Shown here: positions 1 to 11,200 of the stretch, in pieces
Layout of the letters: the number at the start of each line of letters is the position of its first letter
Numbering within the stretch: the stretch's first letter is position 1
NCBI RefSeq assembly: GCF_000400465.1
Contig: NW_008806292.1
Coordinates: forward strand, 150,001 to 182,000
From: Wallemia ichthyophaga EXF-994
Taxonomy: Eukaryota > Fungi > Basidiomycota
Direction: 5' to 3'
DNA length: 32,000 nt
The notes under the pieces: generated by a model
What the model saw: only the letters and a program-made list of their open reading frames with translations
Told to the model about the DNA's origin: nothing
Databases searched by the model: none
Made by a program: the position numbers and the translations under genes

Positions 1-2
1 AT

Positions 3-581
3 GTGCTGGGACTCGACATACTCACCGCCTACATTACCTATGCGAAGAACAAAGTACAGCCCGAGCTGACATCGGAAGCGAGTGAGGAGCTCGTTCGGTG
101 TTACGTTCAGCTGCGTAAACAAGGAGAAGATGCTAATAACGCTGAAAAAAGAATCACTGCTACAACCCGTCAACTTGAGTCTATGATTAGATTGGCTGAG
201 GGCCATGCGCGTATGCGTCTATCTAAATTTGTCGAGCTCCTCGATGTAGTCGAAGCCAACAGACTCATCATCGATGCTGTCAAAGGTTCGGCTACAGATC
301 CAGTTACTGGCTTAGTCGACATCAGTCTTCTCAATACCGGCTACTCGGCTAATAACAGACGTCAAAATCAAGATCTCATTAATGAGATTAGCTCCCTCGT
401 GGAGGGTTCGAGAAGTGCTAATATCAAGTATAGCGATATACTCGCGCAAATCAACTCACAGTCGAGTATTGCTGTCGATGGCGCTATGTTTGCAGACGCA
501 GTGAGACAGATGGAAGAAAATGGCGACTTGCAGGTCGTTGGTGAAGGTGCGCGCAAGATGATTAGAAAGGTGGTAACGTAA
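3..581 (+). CDS. MCM4: DNA replication licensing factor MCM4, C-terminal part (gene starts upstream of the window)
   Basis: ATTRQLESMIRLAEGHARMRLS (MCM lid/arginine region), ATDPVTGLVDISLL typical of MCM4, then a winged-helix-like tail; TAA ends at 581. Confidence 0.9.
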   Translation: MLGLDILTAYITYAKNKVQPELTSEASEELVRCYVQLRKQGEDANNAEKRITATTRQLESMIRLAEGHARMRLSKFVELLDVVEANRLIIDAVKGSATDPVTGLVDISLLNTGYSANNRRQNQDLINEISSLVEGSRSANIKYSDILAQINSQSSIAVDGAMFADAVRQMEENGDLQVVGEGARKMIRKVVT

Positions 582-756
582 AACTTAACCTGATGTATTC
601 ATATTCTTTTAACATACTTATAACATATACTTGAAAAATATAAACATAAAAAGAAAAAGTATTCATTGTTGTATATAAAACAAGAGAATCGTGTCTTGGT
701 TGTTTCTATATCCATATGCGAGTGCGAGTGTATCAGAGATGTTCAGTTCTCACAAG

Positions 757-3700
757 CTAAAACTGGGACATGTAGAGATAGAACTCGACTTGGCTAGCCG
801 CAGGGCCATACTGGTAGCAGAAGCGGGAGATTTGGCAAGCAAAGAGGGCTTTTTGGTAAGACAGTGGGAGGCGCTGGAGGAGGTTGTCTATGCCGACGTA
901 CTGCACGAGCGTCTTTGGCATAGCTTTGCTAAGTACCTTCTTGCGTTTCTCAACATCTGCGAATAATCCATCGCTGCTCTCAAGTTCGAGTTGAAGTTTG
1001 TTGAGTGTACGTGAAAGGTTATCACTGATGATTGTGCGGCTCTCTGTACCACCGAGTCTATTGTACTCGCTCCAGATAGTGTTGAATTCCATACGTGCGT
1101 TGCTTTCGATGATTTCTTGAATATCCTTCACGTAGCTCTCGTAAAATGACGATGGCTTGCCGTTGGTGTACATCATCAGCTCGGAATATTCCTCCTCATT
1201 GAGCGCAAGACCAGCGAGAACTTCCAAACTAGACGACGTGACACCACCTTTGTTTGCTGAAGAGTCACGAATGAGAATAACACCGCGTTTTTCCAGCATC
1301 AGACGAGCCTGTTGCGTAACAAACAGGTTCGCACCTTCGACGATGATCCTGCGTAATGTCAGTACTGTATCACTTTAAAAAACTCCAATTTACTTGAAAT
1401 GTGGCTTTCCTTCGCCATCGAAGAGCTGATTCACGTTTGAGATGTTCACTGCCTGTGGACGACCACCGCATGGGATAAGAACGTCAGCCTTGACGCGAAG
1501 GTGGTATCCATTACGGAAGCTGGTTCCATCCTGTACTATTTCGCCAGATGGCAGCTTGACGTCATTCTGCTCGCAAAGCACTCTGTAACCATCCTTAGAA
1601 AGACGACTGACGTCGAACTCCTTAATCATAACACGCTGCTTAGCCAAGCGAGTTAACTCCGCTCTATCGAGGCCAACAGGATCGTAGATGACACCAGAGC
1701 CATCAACAATAGCCACTGTTTTGTCCTTGCTGAGGAGAATCTCATTGCTACCAAGATCACCATCTGGTCCACCAGTTTGCACCTTGGTCGTCGTTTCCTC
1801 GTCCATGGCCATCTTATCGAGAATGCCAACATAGTACTGTCTAACTGAGCGACTAGTCATACCATACACGTCATGTGGGATACCGCCCAAAGTGTCTGCT
1901 GACTTGCCGGTAGTAAATGACTTCCACCATGGTGCACCTCTGCTACGCGCATGCAGAGCTGCCCAGTCCATGTAACCAGCCGTTCCCTCATCTGGACCAA
2001 GGAACAAAATTTCTTGCTTGGCGTGCAAGTCGACAATTGGCTCTTTGATACCAGGGCTGTTGCCAGGGATGAGGAGATCGATGATACTGTCAATGTAACG
2101 CTCAAATGCTAACTCAGGGTTTGCGTTGAGGTTAGGAAGAATTACACCCTTGCTGCCACCCTCAGGAATGTCCTTGTTCTTGAGTGATTGCGTTGAGGAT
2201 AGGTTGTAGCACTCGTCGAAAAGCATACGTTGGTTAGTGGCGTAATTTTCACTGTCGCGACTGCGAAGAATACGAATACCACCACGAGCAACATCCTTGA
2301 AACGGACGTGGAATCCTTGGAAGTCAGAGCCAACGATGAAAAAGATACCGTATGGTTTCTGAGTGTATTCGTTGTTAGGAAGGAAATCACCATCCAATCT
2401 AAATGATAGCGCTACTTTAGTTGGCTGATAGAAGTTGGTCTTGAGTGTGTGCTTGTTCATAACCATGAAACTTTCGAGGACTTGTAACTCAAATGGGTTA
2501 CGAGTACCCTTTTGAAGAGTAGCGTGGAGCTCTTCATCCGACATGACGTGAACTTGTTGGAGACGCTGGTGAGAGAGAGTAGGTACAACTTCCTCATTGG
2601 CGGAGGAGGCAGGATAGTGCGCCATAGCGAATTGAGTGTATAACAAACGAACGAGCTCTGGATACGATTGAATGACATCGAGGATGGCAGTCTTGGTGAA
2701 GGTTTCTTCTCTCAATCTGCGCTTGAGATCAGCGAGAACACCCATATGGGTGCTGTTGGACTCGTCGAGCAGACTTTGTAGAGCCTCATATGCTGGACCA
2801 AGTCTGTTGCAAAAGTGGGTGATGTAGATGTAACCGACATATGCGTAGGTGGCTTCCTGCACTGCGTTACCCATTCCAGGGTCAGTTTCGGCTGCGCGGG
2901 AGAATAAGGGGTTGTCTGGAAGACAGTAGATGAGGGAAACTTCGCGGACAATTTGAACGACGGAGTGAGAGATTGGTGGGGCTGGTACGAGAGGATCTGT
3001 AGGTTAATTATGTTAGTGGAAATGTTACAAGACGAAAGAAAAGCTCACCTTGGTTGAGATAGAGAGAGACTATCATAGAGCCATTTGAGAAATGCTCAAC
3101 AAACTTCCTAGTTGAGTGGAGGCCATAAAAATGGTAGAGATCGGTGAGAGTAGAGAAGAAGCCCTTCGTTGTACCTCTCTTGTAACCGATAACAATACGA
3201 TGTTCAGTGGTGCCTTCAATTTCGAAACCTTCAACGACAGGTCCAGTACGGACGTCGACCTGGTTGAGGATGCGTTGGTAGATGTCAATGGTGTTAGCGG
3301 AGGCCTTCTCGAGGAAAAGAGGATCCGCAATTTTGCGAATATCGTTTTCCTTGGATTCTAACTTTGGGAAGTTGCATTTCGAAAGGAAGTAACACCTAAG
3401 GTTGCCCTTAGCTTTTGAAGTATAAGTCTCTAATCTGAAAGGAATGCTGTCGCTGTCAAAGTATTTGGAGTCAATTAATTGTTCAACGCCATGGCCAGAC
3501 TTGTCCGAGTGAATGAAAACAGCGTCATTCTCTCTCTCCTTCTTCAAATCGATGTCCAATTTGTTTGAGTCATTGCGGTGTTTAGTGTACGCAACCAATT
3601 TAGCAGCGTAAAGACTGATAATGTGATCAGATATGGTATCAACCGTTTCTAACTTGAAGTAAGTATCATCAATTCCCAAATTGGTGTAGAACCAATTAAC

Positions 3701-4051
3701 TTCATTGTCAACGAGATTTTCAGGAATAAAAGCTTTGTGCTTGAGATTTTCAATTACTTTCTGGCATTGTACATCCTTATCAGCGTAGATTGTGTCAGTG
3801 TAACCTTTGTCATTTTTTAGTTTATTGAGTGCGAGATCGCTATTGCTCTTCTGTAAAGGGGAAGGAGTGGAAGGGATAAAGAGGTGTGGTGTTTGTGACT
3901 GCGATTTTGTCAGTAAGGGATCTCTGAGGGATAAAAAGGAGATGAAGGATGGAGATGGGGATGAGCTGCGAAGGCGTGGGTGGGGGAATGGTGATTCCGT
4001 GGATTCCGTGGATTCCGTGGATCCTGTGGAGGTAATCTCTGGTAGCTTCAT
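757..4051 (-). CDS. GDH2: NAD-specific glutamate dehydrogenase (large fungal type), 3 exons
   Basis: Introns 2997-3048 and 1349-1393 (GT..AG) join the ORFs in frame. Motifs GFHVRFKDVARGGIR, KNKDIPEGGSKG, GPDEGTAG, TGGPDGDLGSNE, IVEGANLF, NKGGVTSSSLEVL. Confidence 0.95.
3993..4030 (+). repeat. 9-nt tandem repeat (GGATTCCGT)x~3-4 encoding STE-STE-STE in the GDH2 N-terminus
   Basis: gattccgtggattccgtggattccgtggatcctgtgga read directly. Confidence 0.85.
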
Positions 4052-4347
4052 CGGTGTTGTTTAATAAGAGATTAGATGAAAACTACCAAATTAGTAAGTC
4101 ACAGCCCATAGCCGTGTGTAACCATATCCAGCCATATTCAGCCATCCCTAGTCATCTCCGCTTTCTACCCACTTTTAATTGTTCCGACATGATGATGGTT
4201 GGAGAAGAAGAGATATAATTTTAGTTATTTAAATATAATCTAGACTCGTGATAATAAATCTCGCTTGTCTGGTCTACTAGCACTGCCGATCCAGCCGACG
4301 CGAGACGCTATCCGTGGTATCAACTTCCATCACCACATTGTGAAGAA

Positions 4348-4809
4348 ATGCTGAAATTATTCTCAAAGAAAGCGCTTTCGTTGTTACCGGAGAATGTTAA
4401 TAAGAGTAGATATAATGTGGTTTATCAGAATGTAAAAGTGGGCGATGAATATCGAAGTGTCAAAGTTCCTCAATACTCGCACAACACATCTGCCAAAGTA
4501 GAACCCAAGGTTTTCTTAGCTAATGAGAGAACACTTGTTAGTTACATCAATATGGCTGTTTTAATTGGTACGCTGTCAATAAGTCTATACAATAGTACAA
4601 ACGAGACGACATCAAGGTATTTTGGATTAGTGTATTCAGCGATATCAGTATTCACGATATTATATGGATACTTTATATATCAAAGGCGATTAACTTTGAT
4701 AAAGAAGAAAGCAAACACCCACTTTGACCATATTCTCGGTCCAATTGCAATCTCAATATGTCTATTCGTTTCAGTGGCTTACAACTTTTATTCCAAATTT
4801 CTTATTTGA
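4348..4809 (+). CDS. VTC1-like DUF202 membrane protein (vacuolar transporter chaperone family), divergent
   Basis: KVEPKVFLANERTLVSY motif, three hydrophobic segments, FDHILGP tail resembling Vtc1 YDDRLGP. Confidence 0.75.
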   Translation: MLKLFSKKALSLLPENVNKSRYNVVYQNVKVGDEYRSVKVPQYSHNTSAKVEPKVFLANERTLVSYINMAVLIGTLSISLYNSTNETTSRYFGLVYSAISVFTILYGYFIYQRRLTLIKKKANTHFDHILGPIAISICLFVSVAYNFYSKFLI

Positions 4810-5452
4810 TCTCTTTCCTCAAAAACACATTCATACGCTTTTTATCTCTGTTTTCTGTTGTGATTGGCGGGTACTCATCCAGTACACACTCAAACCCATC
4901 ACCTAAGATATCCTTATATAATTCAGGTGTATATCCGAATGGGGGTCCTTGCTCAACACCATCCACCAACTCTTCCTTTATAGGGAATACCAATGTTATT
5001 AGCACTCCACCTTGCTTGACTGTGCGCTTCATCTTGTCTGCATATTCACCTCTCCTCTCTAATGGCAGTGCACAGAAGAAAGTGTAATCGTAAACGACGT
5101 CGTATTCTTCCTCCTCAACGAAGAAGTCTGCGCACTTGAACTGCACACCTTCCACTCCCTCGGCTAATTCCGTCGCTAATCTCACACCCTCTGGTGATAT
5201 ATCCATACCTGTAGTAGAATAACCCATTTTTGCAAAGTATATAGCATCATATCCCTTTCCGCAGCCTGGAACCAGCACTTTCACGTTCCTATTAGGCTCT
5301 GGGAGGTGTAGTGCACCTTTCTCCAAATAATGCTTGAGCAGTGGCTGCACATCTCCATTGTCCCATGGCGGTTTGTCACTCAGCCTCCAAATAGCTTCCC
5401 AGCCTTGTTCGTTGTGCTCTTTAAGCAAATGTCTCATTCCATCTTTGTCCAT
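4802..5452 (-). CDS. SAM-dependent thiol/halide methyltransferase (TPMT/HOL family)
   Basis: PPWD, LVPGCGKGYDA (motif I), YDYTFFCAL, LITLVFP, GPPF; first ATG at 5452. Confidence 0.85.
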   Translation of the reverse strand: MDKDGMRHLLKEHNEQGWEAIWRLSDKPPWDNGDVQPLLKHYLEKGALHLPEPNRNVKVLVPGCGKGYDAIYFAKMGYSTTGMDISPEGVRLATELAEGVEGVQFKCADFFVEEEEYDVVYDYTFFCALPLERRGEYADKMKRTVKQGGVLITLVFPIKEELVDGVEQGPPFGYTPELYKDILGDGFECVLDEYPPITTENRDKKRMNVFLRKEIK

Positions 5453-6198
5453 TGTGTGGTTCAATCGTTGGTGGTATTATGATAACGGATGTGTAATCTA
5501 ATCATAGTATAAATCCAAAAAATGTTAAAATATTGTACAATCTGCATTAAACATATTCATCGCTGTTTGGATTATGTAACTGGCACATTTCCATATTAGC
5601 AACTCTCCTATCCAAACCATCTGAATCATCCATTTCCGACCGCTCATCTGCGTCGATCCTTCTTATTGGACGCAAAATGTTATTGGAGGGAATAATAAAT
5701 TTAAACTCAAGATGGAAAATTATACTTTATATTAAAAGTTGAAAGCAATTGCCACTATAAACAATATGAGCTCCAAGCACAGAGTTCCATAAAGTAATTG
5801 CTTGTTTTTCTTAACCATTTATTTCCTTCTTAATACCTTCTTCTGAGCCTCGATGGACGTACTTAAAGTGACTGTGTTTTGTGGTTGCATAAGAGCGTGT
5901 TAGCATGTGCGCGAGTGGAAGCATAACAATCTATCTCCCCACCTCTACTACCATCTCACAATGTCGAAAATGTTAGAGATGGTGATTTAAACCCTAACAT
6001 TTATTCAGCGAGCCAAACTCCGTATCAGAACTTTATTTACTATTTTTCATATCCGTAAAAGTTAAAGCATGCTGTGTCCCAAACAAGTATCATGTCAGAC
6101 ATGATCTCGGAGTGTGTCAAATGAGGAAAGAAATCAAACCGATAAATGTATCCATGCATTTGGTCCTTATTATAAAATTAGAATGTCATTTTCAATTA

Positions 6199-6456
6199 TT
6201 AATCGAGCTTTCTTGCGCTAAGCTTGAGAGTTGAGACAATTGCACAGATTACTATGGCTATTGTTGACAGACCATATTTGATCCATTGAGCGTCATCTGT
6301 TGGTATATCTGTGAAATTTAGGATCGGGGTCATAAGCAGGTACACGCCAACTGCGACAGTTAATTGCAACTTCATCATCCGTTTGCCCAATTTACCAATC
6401 CCTCCGTTTTTTTCGATGATGGTTGCCAGCGAAGGCTGTGCGTCTCTTGTCTGCAT
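6199..6456 (-). CDS. Hypothetical 85-aa protein with two predicted membrane segments
   Basis: ATG-started ORF in an otherwise empty gap; two hydrophobic stretches; no family recognised. Confidence 0.4.
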   Translation of the reverse strand: MQTRDAQPSLATIIEKNGGIGKLGKRMMKLQLTVAVGVYLLMTPILNFTDIPTDDAQWIKYGLSTIAIVICAIVSTLKLSARKLD

Positions 6457-6662
6457 ATGAGTGTGCTTTTAAGCATTTGTAATACTATATCTCTCAATCA
6501 CCTCACCTGCAAATTTTCCGACATACTGAGACTTAGATGATGGAGATAGCGGTTCAAGACGGAATTGTAAATTAAGAATTATTTAAAATATATTTCATCA
6601 ATAAACGAAAAATTCACACTAAAACAAGTTGCGCTGAAAATAACGCCAAAAGCCTACTAAAG

Positions 6663-8164
6663 CTACCACACATATGGTATAAACTTATAAGGAACTCTGC
6701 GACAATACTCCTCCCAGTCTTCACCATATTTAGCAGCGCAGCGTTCAAAGTCGCGTTCACATCTGTGCACGAGGACAATGAAGAACCACACTGCGTACCA
6801 GTGGGGAATGGGTGGGGAGGCGATGAAAGGCAGACCGCAGCTCATACCCCAGCTAGTAGCCTGGATCCAGTCCGCGAGATAATTAGGCTTGCGACAGTAA
6901 GCCCATGGTCCACTAATGAGTAGCTTGCTGCCGTGCTGCGTTTGGATGTAACGCGTAGTCGCTGGGTCAGGTGTACTGCCTGGTATGTAGGGAAATCCGA
7001 ATCTAAACTTAGTGATACCTTGCTGCTGCATTTTGAATCTGCTTTTCTGGGCCATAGCGAGATCGAATACAGAGTAGCTGGCTATAAGCACTCCAAATAA
7101 CACCGCATATGTACTCAAGCTCCACTCATATTCGCTTGGATGGTGGTTCGTGAGATAGAGAACTGGGTAACAGTAAGTGAAAGGTACGCCAGCGAAATTC
7201 CAGAAACATAGCATGAATCCAAATTTCTCCCAGGCCATGTCCCATGTCTGTGGAATACACTCCTCCGCTTTAGCACAAGCGTTGATGTAAAGCCCCGTCG
7301 CGAGAACCATAAAGGCCATGTTAGGTGAGACAGTGCCGAAAGTGTCGTACTGCTTGCATGCACCCGATACGGCAATTCCGAAGAGCAAAACCCACGGGAT
7401 GCGCACCTCTGCCCACATCTTGATATCCACACCCAGAATGCGTGGATTGAGGCTAGCGCCCATGAACAAGTCGTAGAAGAAGTTGCCGCTCATGCGGAGC
7501 GGGTGACCGAACATCACAGTGAGGAAGTACACAGCCAGTGAGCCTGCGTAGCCGACTAGAATAGCCACCGTCATGAGCCCACCGAAATTGTCGACAATCT
7601 CCGTCAGTCTGAAGGTGTGTGTGGTGTGGAGAACACTGGCGATGAGAATGGTAGCGTAGAACGACAGCATAGCGTTGCAGTTGTAGTCAAGGCTCTTGTA
7701 CTTGAGGGAGGGTACTGGAAGACCCTTTTGGTGGAAGCCTGGCATAATCACAGCGAGAGCGAACTGCATCGCCATGAGACCGCAGTAAATTGCCCACGCT
7801 TTGCGCGTAGGATAAGCGTGTTGTTGGGCATACAGCCACATGTACTCGCCCAATGGCTTAACCTCTGCGAGCGACTTTGGGTATAGAAACCAGCCATCAT
7901 TCGCCTGCATGCAAATGTAGAAGTAGTACATGAGCAGTGGAAATCCGAGCATCATCGCAACGACGCCGCAAGGGCCACCGAATTCATATCTGTTAGTACC
8001 ATGAGCGCTGTGCAATCCGCTTGGAAACTCACTCACTCCTGGTGCTCAAAGAACTGCGTTTTGTCCGTACGGCGACCCTCCTTAGATACCGTCGGTGCGG
8101 CAGTGCTCGCGACCGAGCTTATTGACTCGTTGTCGCTGTCGTCGCGTGCGTGCTGTGAGCTCAT
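6663..8164 (-). CDS. ERG4: Delta24(24-1) sterol reductase, 2 exons
   Basis: Intron 7990-8036 (GTGAGT..CTAACAG) gives HQEYEFGGP. Motifs GNFFYDLFMGASLNPR, KMWAEVRIPW, EKFGFMLCFWNFAGVPF, HRCERDFERCAAKYGEDWEEYC. Confidence 0.92.
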
Positions 8165-8288
8165 CTGTGGTGTCGGTTGCTCGGAAGACAAAGCGGGAGG
8201 ACATGACACGAGATCAAAAAGTGAATTTTTCAAATATCCCGAGTATTTAGAGTTTCTGTAGAATGATTTATTTTACATTTCCTAGTTT

Positions 8289-11200
8289 TTACAGAAGACG
8301 CTGCAAATCGTCTGCCAAATTGTGCTTTTGTTCATTGTGCCGGCTGTACCTGCTAATGAGATCCCCGTCGATAATGTCAGACTGCGCACTCTGTCCAACG
8401 AGTGCGCCATCAGCACGCGCCGACTTCTCCATCTGCACCAACTCTGCACTACTGCTCTCGTCCACCTCTGCCAGCACGCAGAGGGAGCCTGCACTCGTCC
8501 CGTACACAGCGAGTGTATGTAAGGCGTGGTTGTGATAGTTATCTCTTGCACTGACATTGACATTGACACTAACACTGGCACCTTGTCTCCTCCCGCATAT
8601 CGCACTGACGTTCTCCTGCAGCTGGGCAACCTCCCGCGAACTCACCCGGTGCTCCTCCCCGATCTGCTCGTAGTGAAGGACGAAAAGATTGAAGCGGAGA
8701 TCAGCACCGAGAGTGATGAAGTGATTGTTGTGGCGCTCTTGCGCACCCCGCTCACCATGCACACCCTCCACAGCCTCCACTAGCGAAGACCACCGCGTGT
8801 GCGCGTCGTATCCCACCTGTACGAGTTCCAATTCGCTCGTCTCCGCCCTTTGTCGCAGTTCCAACTTAAGGTAGATGGCGCTCTTGAGGAAATCAGCCAC
8901 AACCAAGACGCCGTGCATGGCAGAGAGAGAGACTACGACGAAAGCATTGCCGTAGCTGGCGACGAGATTGAGCTGGCACTTTCGGGACAATTCCACCTCA
9001 TACAACCGCACCTGGTGCCCGACAGCTATTGCGATGCGCCCGTCCAATTCACACACCGCATACACGCAGCCGGGCACAGCAAGCTGGGCGACTATATCTA
9101 GGTGTGAGTGGGTGGGGGTATGACTGACAGTAGCGAGGAGAAAGCGTCCTCTATCGACGTCACCTCCGTCACCGTTGTCATCGCCATTACTATCATTAAT
9201 GTAGTAGGTGCCTATTGCAAGGACTGTATGCTTTTCTCCCTCTCCCTTTTTTTCGCGCCCTACATTCAGACACTCCACTACACTGACCACCTCCCCTTCT
9301 TCCAGCTGCAACTGGAGCGTTTCTATGGGAGAGAGGGTATCGTCGAACAACCTCACACTACTCCCTCCCCCGCCTTCGATTACTGTCCTATCGCTTGGGT
9401 ATGCCGTACGTACGCAACCGACAGCGAACATGTTGTGAGAGGGTATGTGAGTGAGAACGCGCGGTATATCTACCCCCATCTCGATGGTACGCACGTGCAC
9501 TGTATGTTGTGTAGATGGTATTGTACAGAATCTGATACTGTCCGTATGTGCTAGCACGTACATATCTTCTTCCTCGGAGGCACCATCCTTCTCACTACCA
9601 CTGTCACACTTGTACGACGTCATGGCGTGTATGAAAGGCGCGTTTACCCCTGATACACTTACACTCACGCTTCGTTGCATATCCACACTCACACCGACGA
9701 TCGAGGGAACGTCGCACAGCGCGAATATCGCCCCACTTGCCGCTCTCTGCAAAGTGACAGGGGTACTTCCGACTGTGGCGGTGTGTGAGGCGGGAGTGTT
9801 TGTGATCGTGTCTGTGTTTCCCGGAGAGGTGTGAGACGTCTGCGCAGCTTGCGCATATTCAAACGCAAAAACATTCCCGAGCGCCGTACCCGCAATAATG
9901 ACGCCATCTACTGCAAGAAGCGAGTAGATATGTGAGTTGTCGGGTGATGAGCAGGCGCAGACGACGAAGCCGTCTTGAACATCTTGAGCATCTTGGGCAT
10001 CTCGTGCACCTTGACCACATTGACCACATTGGCCGCTAATTCTCATCACGCGCACCGTGGAATCTTCCCACGTTGCATAAGCGATATGAGAATCATCTAG
10101 GGGTGCGAACACAGTTGAGTGGTGTGGTTTGCGTATGAGTCTGAGAACAATCTGTCAGCATGGTGTAGTCGGGTGTCGGGGCTCGGGAAACGGGAGCAAG
10201 AAGAACCAGACTACCCACCTTTCATGGAAAGTAATATCGTTATCGTTATCATTATCGCTGTCGTTATCGTCATCCTTATCATTATGCTCAAGGTTATCGT
10301 TATCGTTATTATTCGCGCACTGTAGCAGCACCCTATCGCTCATCACCACCAGCACGTATGGGCTTCTTGCGCTTGTGAACCTAGAGTGACCATCCACATA
10401 CACTCCATCAACATCCATATCGCGCCTGCTAACAAGTTTGCCTATCATATTAAAGACGAACATACTATCGCTCTGGTAGACGACGGTGCGTGAGCCCCAC
10501 TGCACTGTCGCGAGAGTAGGGACGTCCTTTTTAAGTTGTTTGTATTTGTCTTGCTCCCCGTCCAGTTCGTCCAATGTGCCATAGAGGGCATTGGGATATG
10601 TGTATATGTGCGTCGATGTTGGGTAGCTGAAGAGGAGGTGATTGGGGAGGGAGTGCAGGGCATGCAGTGCGGTGAGCGTGTTTGGTGTGGCTGTCTTGTC
10701 CTCGCCCAGCAGCTCTAGCGGTGCCAAATACACATCGCGCACGCCAACTCCTGTGCTCACCACACGCAATTTACCTGACTTATTAGCGCCGCTGCACGTG
10801 ACGACTTGTGTTTGAGTGTGCGACTGTGTCTGGGACTGCGTTTGCTCTGTGTCGTCGGGGTACAGAACTGCGAGGTCACTAACAGGAGCGAGGTTGGTGA
10901 AGGACTGCAACTCGACAAGGTGTGGCTGCGCCCCATGCACCACACTCACACTCACCACTTTGGAATCCTCGCACTGGCTACCGACGTAGAAGCACCCATT
11001 GCCGAGATGCTGCAACGTCGACGCGACGCTAGTGGTACCGAGGTGGTGCGTCTCCAATCCACTCTGCGTAATAGCGAGATAGTAGAGATCGCCCCGTGCA
11101 TCACCAACCACCCACGCCAGTCCGTCCGCCGTCGCTGCTGTACATGCTGTCGGCGTAGCGAAGGGTGTATGGGAAGAAGTGTTGGGTATTTGTTGAAGGG

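Noticed and set aside
691-3361. Antisense ORFs over GDH2, recalling reported antisense GDH/HSP70 overlaps in oomycetes
   Set aside because: Only short (under 100 aa) antisense frames with no chaperone motifs
5961-6230. Possible spliced plus-strand mini-gene starting ATGTCGAAAAT with a CTAAC..CAG element
   Set aside because: Weak donor, short intron, product unrecognisable; insufficient support
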